Source: Gemmatimonadaceae bacterium
GTDB taxonomy: Bacteria > Gemmatimonadota > Gemmatimonadetes > Gemmatimonadales > Gemmatimonadaceae
Assembly (NCBI GenBank): GCA_036377755.1
Contig: DASUXX010000171.1
Span: 1-59,958, forward strand
Length of the DNA stretch: 59,958 nt
Reading direction: 5' to 3'
Under the pieces are notes generated by a model. That model was given only the letters and a program-made list of their open reading frames with translations. It was not told where the DNA came from and did no database searches. A program made the position numbers and the translations under genes. Below, in pieces: positions 55,522-59,958 of the stretch; within the stretch, counting starts at the first letter, position 1, and each line of letters starts with the position of its first letter.

Positions 55522-56430
55522 GCCAGCTCCGTTAGCAGGAAGCCAGAGTGTAAACGTCGAGCCCTTACCGGGCTCGCTTTGCAGCAGGAGGTCTCCACCT
55601 AAGAGGCGCGCAAGCCGACGCGAAATCGCGAGGCCGAGACCAGTGCCGCGATTTGGGGAGTCGGCACGCGGACCGGCATCTACTTGTTCAAATTCCTCGA
55701 AAACACGCTCCTGATCGATGGGAGCAATTCCACGCCCCGAATCGATCACCTGAATCGCGAGCCAGGATTCAGTATCAGGGCGGGCTTCACGCACTACATG
55801 AGGAAGCCCTTCCGCAATTGCTGCACTTTGCGAGAGCGCCCGGGTACGCACAACAATGGATCCGGCGTCAGTATACTTGATCGCATTGCCGAGGAGATTC
55901 ACGAGTATCTGACGCAAGTGAGTCGGGTCACTCTGGATTCGTGGCAGCGAGCTGCCCATAGCGAGTGACAGGCTCAGGCTTTTTTCATTTACAAGCGACT
56001 CGACTTCACTTGCAACATCGAGAATGAATGGACGGACATCCAGATCCTCAGCATGTACGTCGAGGCGGCCCGCAGCCATCTTTGCAAGATCCAGAATCTG
56101 ATCGACAAGATGCCTGAGATGATTTGCGGACGCTTCGATTCGCTCTACCGGTTTTACCTGCCGGGGACTGAGATCTCCATAAACTCCCTCGCGCAACAAA
56201 TCGACAAAGCCGACAATCGCATTGAGTGGCGTACGCAGCTCATGTGATACATTCGCGAGGAAATCGTTCTTCATACGATTTGCGCGAAGAAGCTCGGACG
56301 AAAGCCGCTCCAGCTCCTTCGATCGTTCTGCAAGACGAGTTGCCTGACGGCGCTCGTGCTGGAGAAGAAGTGCAAGACCGACGACTACTGCACCGACAAT
56401 GACATACAGAAGTGGCTGCAGCTCAAACAT
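55507..56430 (-). CDS. Membrane-anchored histidine kinase
   Basis: One TM, SHELRTPL, NLLGNAIKY, DSGRG, GTGLGL, GKGSTF. Confidence 0.92.
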   Translation of the reverse strand: MFELQPLLYVIVGAVVVGLALLLQHERRQATRLAERSKELERLSSELLRANRMKNDFLANVSHELRTPLNAIVGFVDLLREGVYGDLSPRQVKPVERIEASANHLRHLVDQILDLAKMAAGRLDVHAEDLDVRPFILDVASEVESLVNEKSLSLSLAMGSSLPRIQSDPTHLRQILVNLLGNAIKYTDAGSIVVRTRALSQSAAIAEGLPHVVREARPDTESWLAIQVIDSGRGIAPIDQERVFEEFEQVDAGPRADSPNRGTGLGLAISRRLARLLGGDLLLQSEPGKGSTFTLWLPANGAGSGAL

Positions 56431-56459
56431 CTTTCAGTAACCGGCCGATCGACATTTTC

Positions 56460-57014
56460 ATGAATCTCTCAACAGACAGCGAAGCCCTGAAGCGACTACT
56501 CATCGAGCGGTCAGTCAAGAAGGGAAATTTCATTCTTGCTTCAGGAAAAGAGTCGACCGTCTATGTCGATGCCCGTCTTACGACGATGAGTCCCGAGGGA
56601 ATGGTGACGATCGGGCCGCTCGCGCTATCCAGAATCGATGCAGAGGGCTGGAAACCGGATTCTATCGGCGGCCTGACCATGGGAGCAGATCCGGTATCAT
56701 TTGCCATCAGCCACACCAGTGCAATTCAGAACAGACCGATCCGCGCATTTTCAGTTCGCAAGGAAGCAAAATCACACGGTACAGGAAACCGAATCGAGGG
56801 CCCGTTCAAGAGCGGCGATAATGTCATCATCGTCGAAGACGTCATTACCACAGGAAAATCAGCGATTCAGGCAATCGATGCAGTTGAAGCTGCCGGCGGA
56901 AAAATCATAGGCGTCATTGCTGTCGTCGATCGACAGGATGGCGGACGTGAAGCAATTCGCGCGAGAGGATATGGAGTCGTCGCGCTTGCAACAATCGACG
57001 AGCTGATACGCTAA
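56460..57014 (+). CDS. pyrE: Orotate phosphoribosyltransferase
   Basis: FILASG..S..Y.D, RKEAKSHG, VEDVITTG, VVDR. Confidence 0.93.
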   Translation: MNLSTDSEALKRLLIERSVKKGNFILASGKESTVYVDARLTTMSPEGMVTIGPLALSRIDAEGWKPDSIGGLTMGADPVSFAISHTSAIQNRPIRAFSVRKEAKSHGTGNRIEGPFKSGDNVIIVEDVITTGKSAIQAIDAVEAAGGKIIGVIAVVDRQDGGREAIRARGYGVVALATIDELIR

Positions 57015-57907
57015 GGCATAGACCGCTTCTCGAGATTCCGCTGTCTTGTTATCCACCCTGGTGACGTGACGGCAGGTTTGAATGTCCTCAGGATTTCCGC
57101 ATAGGGCAGAATCAATTCCGCCCTGAAGTACTGAAGCATTCCGGTTCCATCATATGTCTCACGAAAGAGAACCGGCGACATGTTCATCACTGTTCGAACA
57201 TGTCGCCCGAAACTCTGTGGTGACGAGTAATTGAGATAGTTAGCGACGCTTGCTACTGAAAGACCGGGATTCTCGAACAGCTTTGCTGCCCGGATGAGCC
57301 GTGCAAGAGAGAGATAGCGCTTTGGTGCCGGCAAATGTGCACGAAAGAATCTGCTCATCAGCGTACTCGGCAGAATATTCAGATGCCGGGCCATCTGCCG
57401 GACATTGTGGACCTGAGGTGAGTTGCTGAACAGGAGCTCGAAGAATCTCCAGCAATCAGGCGAAGCGCCTGAGAGATCAGAGCTTAGCTGGCCAAGTGCA
57501 GTACGCTGAAGATCATTTGAGCGCTCAGCTGCAAGAATTTCCCGCAGCGTCTGCCATCCTGAAGGCTGACGTGCATCGATGAGAATCCGAACACCAAGCT
57601 GTCCAAGCGAGAGAAGATTCTGAGGTGTGGAGTACTGATTTTCTGTGAGAAGCGCCATGGCAGGCACTCTTGGAAACTCTCGCACCATTGCAGCCATGCG
57701 CGCACTGCTTTGAAGACCGTATCGCGCAATCGAGATTAGTACTGCGCCAGCTCTTCGCTCGCGGAGATCAGCAAGAACTTCCTCGAATGATTCCCGATGC
57801 AAAGCGGAGTACAGTCCTTCTGCTGCTGCATCGACGCGCTGCCGCTCTCCAGGCGTAAGGATCGTCGAAACAGGCATCAGCTTGGTGGTTTTGGTGGGAT
57901 ATGACAT
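57011..57907 (-). CDS. AraC-family regulator with receiver-like N-terminus
   Basis: C-terminal double HTH (MARHL..STL.SRF; VANYLNYSSPQSFGRHVR); SD CAGGAG before ATG 57907. Confidence 0.8.
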   Translation of the reverse strand: MSYPTKTTKLMPVSTILTPGERQRVDAAAEGLYSALHRESFEEVLADLRERRAGAVLISIARYGLQSSARMAAMVREFPRVPAMALLTENQYSTPQNLLSLGQLGVRILIDARQPSGWQTLREILAAERSNDLQRTALGQLSSDLSGASPDCWRFFELLFSNSPQVHNVRQMARHLNILPSTLMSRFFRAHLPAPKRYLSLARLIRAAKLFENPGLSVASVANYLNYSSPQSFGRHVRTVMNMSPVLFRETYDGTGMLQYFRAELILPYAEILRTFKPAVTSPGWITRQRNLEKRSMP

Positions 57908-58045
57908 GCCTGGCTCCTGAGCCGAGTGTGTTGGGTGATCGACGGGAGCAGTATAGGACGTGTGCGTCAGTTCATCGTCAGCGCTTTGGAGAGAATCATT
58001 GCGCAAAGGCAAATTTCCGTCACCGACCGTTTATATTTGGAAATG

Positions 58046-58432
58046 TCAGGCTTCTGATCAGCCGGATGGTCGCGCTTTAGTATCATCTTGGTACTAAATC
58101 GAGGAAAGTCCGGGCTCCGTGGACAGCGCTGCCAGGTAACACCTGGGCGTGACGACTTGTCGTCATGACGGAAAGTGCCACAGAAAACAGACCGCCTCGA
58201 AAGAGGTAAGGGTGAAACGGTGGGGTAAGAGCCCACCGCGCACATGGCAACATGGGCGGCACGGCAAACCCCAGCTGGAGCAAGGCCAAGAAGCGGCGAG
58301 AGCGTCCACCTCGACAAAGACGCCGCGGGTAGGCTGCTGGAGAGCACGAGCGATCGTGCTCCGAGAGAAATGACCGTCACGACAGCTATGCTGTCGTACA
58401 GAACCCGGCTTACAGGCTGGTTGCTTGCCTGA
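58046..58432 (+). ncRNA. rnpB: RNase P RNA, type A
   Basis: GAGGAAAGTCCGGGCTCC, GGAAAGTGCCACAGAAA, GGGTGAAACGGTGGGGTAAGAGCCCACC, GGCAAACCCC, ACAGAACCCGGCTTAC; P1 pairing of the ends. Confidence 0.96.
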
Positions 58433-58436
58433 TTCG

Positions 58437-58475
58437 AACCCTGCAAAGAGTTTTCTCTCTGCAGGGTTTCCTCTT
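58437..58475 (+). terminator. rnpB terminator
   Basis: AACCCTGCA-AAGAG..CTCTC-TGCAGGGTT followed by a pyrimidine tract. Confidence 0.8.
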
Positions 58476-58483
58476 ACTTATCC

Positions 58484-59341
58484 ATGCATTCAAGACGTCT
58501 CGAGCTGATCGTTCTACCCTTGATGGCTGTGGCTTGCAGTCGCAATCCATCGCCAGGAACCGAGCCCATTCCTGTAATCAATGGCGTTCCGGAGCAGCCC
58601 GGAGTACAGCCATCGAGTGGTCGGCAACGGTGGACAATCAGCCCGACTCGGGAAACACATCGATATTCATCAACGATCAGTACATCGATCGAATTAAATC
58701 AGCCTGCTGGACCTGTCACACGTGACAGCCTGATATCGCGCATAACGTTCACCCTTGAAACGGAGCGGCTGGCACAGGCAATAGACTACACTGCAACTAT
58801 CGAAGGAATATCGAGTCAGGCAGGTACACGCACAGGTGGAATGAGCACGAGCCTGTCACTGCCGTTCAGACTTTCCGGACAGGTCGACAGATTACGAATC
58901 ACCACAGACTCTGCTTCACTCGACTGCTCCAACGAGGTCATGGCAGTAATACCAGTAGTGCAGAGATCGCTGGTACTGCCTCCACTCACGCTGCAAAAAG
59001 ACATGACGTGGGCAGACAGTGTAAGCTCTGCAGCATGCAGCGGAGGAATTCCGGTAAGGGCAACCACCGTTCGCACATATAAAGTTCTTGGTGAATCACC
59101 CTTGGGAATTCTGATCAAGCGCCAGGACAGGACGAGCACGGCCGGGGAGGGGTCGCAGGGACAACATCGGATAAAGCTCATCACTGAAGGAACCGGAGAT
59201 GCCCAGCTCGTCATCGATCCTGCGACAGGATCTTTAGTGGAGACGACAGGAACGTCGTCGATAGCTGTAACGATTACCGCCTCAGGCCGGGAGCAGCATT
59301 TTGTGCAGACTGTCCGGGAGAAAACCGCTCGTTTGCAGTAA
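58484..59341 (+). CDS. Hypothetical lipoprotein
   Basis: Lipobox AVAC; beta-rich, Thr/Ser-rich body with a Cys pair. Confidence 0.7.
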   Translation: MHSRRLELIVLPLMAVACSRNPSPGTEPIPVINGVPEQPGVQPSSGRQRWTISPTRETHRYSSTISTSIELNQPAGPVTRDSLISRITFTLETERLAQAIDYTATIEGISSQAGTRTGGMSTSLSLPFRLSGQVDRLRITTDSASLDCSNEVMAVIPVVQRSLVLPPLTLQKDMTWADSVSSAACSGGIPVRATTVRTYKVLGESPLGILIKRQDRTSTAGEGSQGQHRIKLITEGTGDAQLVIDPATGSLVETTGTSSIAVTITASGREQHFVQTVREKTARLQ

Positions 59342-59401
59342 TTAGTTACTGATAGTTACTAATTCTGAGTATTAAGTACCAATGGGTTACTTAATCTTGA
59401 A

Positions 59402-59958
59402 TCAGTCTACGAGCCTCAGCGGCATTACCAGACACAGGTACGACGCGGTATCCGACCAGCCTTCCGGCTCGAGCGTGGCTGCACGCTCTGGAGCTTTAAG
59501 CGTAATCTTCACGTCGTCTGTCGGGATATAACGGAGAATCTCGAGGAGGTAGCTCGCATTGAATCCTATATCAAGCTGATCACCTGTATATCGGATCGGA
59601 AGCTCATCCTGTGCTTCACCCAGGTCAGGAGTCTGGACACTGAACTTGAGCATCCCGGAATTGAACGACAGCCGTATGCGATGGGTCTGATCCGATGCAA
59701 CGACTGACATACGCTTGAGAGCGCTCACAAGCGCAGCTTTGTCAGCCACCGCTACTCGATCGTTATCCTTGGGGATTACCTGCTCGTAATTCGGATACGG
59801 ACCCTCGATCAGACGCGTATACACAGCCGTGAACGGAGATCTGAATCCGATGTGATTCTCGCCACGACCGATTTCGAGCTCTTCCTCAGCAGGAAAAAGC
59901 CGGCGAACCTGCTCTAGAGCCTTAGGTGGGACAATCAGATCATTTGACGGAGCAGCAT
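59402..59958 (-). CDS. dnaN: DNA polymerase III beta sliding clamp (5' part outside the window)
   Basis: LIVPPKAL, TRLIEGPYPNYEQVIP, IGFNASYL, terminal LVMPLRL; frame runs off the window edge. Confidence 0.95.
   Translation of the reverse strand, partial: AAPSNDLIVPPKALEQVRRLFPAEEELEIGRGENHIGFRSPFTAVYTRLIEGPYPNYEQVIPKDNDRVAVADKAALVSALKRMSVVASDQTHRIRLSFNSGMLKFSVQTPDLGEAQDELPIRYTGDQLDIGFNASYLLEILRYIPTDDVKITLKAPERAATLEPEGWSDTASYLCLVMPLRLVD

Noticed and set aside
59340-59400. dif site or CRISPR remnant
   Set aside because: No XerD-arm match, origin-proximal location, and no repeat-spacer periodicity.
1-59958. Prophage, IS elements, CRISPR arrays, tRNA/rRNA genes (including tRNA-Sec)
   Set aside because: None recognised by eye; a tRNAscan-SE/Infernal run would be needed to exclude small RNAs fully.

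Overview
A core-chromosome, origin-proximal window (mnmG, parA-parB with two parS sites, rnpB, polA, 3' part of dnaN) from a moderately GC-rich bacterium. Gene content suggests Gemmatimonadota, which is inference only. It holds about 55 CDS: ligD, an NrtR-type regulator, a divergent arginine cluster with tandem ARG boxes, ispG, uvsE, an M16 peptidase pair, murB, a BMP-family ABC transporter and two cold-shock genes. I saw no CRISPR array, prophage, transposase or tRNA. The main result is a gene truncated by the ORF track. A thioredoxin-fold/NHL-repeat protein (NHLRC2/SOQ1-like, 9044->7635, minus strand) has an in-frame TGA at its first active-site Cys (DFWTYG-U-INC), followed by a bacterial SECIS-like hairpin, so it is probably a selenoprotein. 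Other notable signals: a perfect Rex-type operator upstream of a cupredoxin-uvsE-pseudo-Wzc-fRMsr-pseudo-HD gene run, with a terminator inside the uvsE coding start; a DnaA-box cluster after parB; a 9-5-9 palindrome shared by loci 56 kb apart; clamp-binding-like motifs in an unknown protein beside ligD and in a PolA insert; and several probable leaderless genes. All family calls come from visual motif recognition, not database searches.
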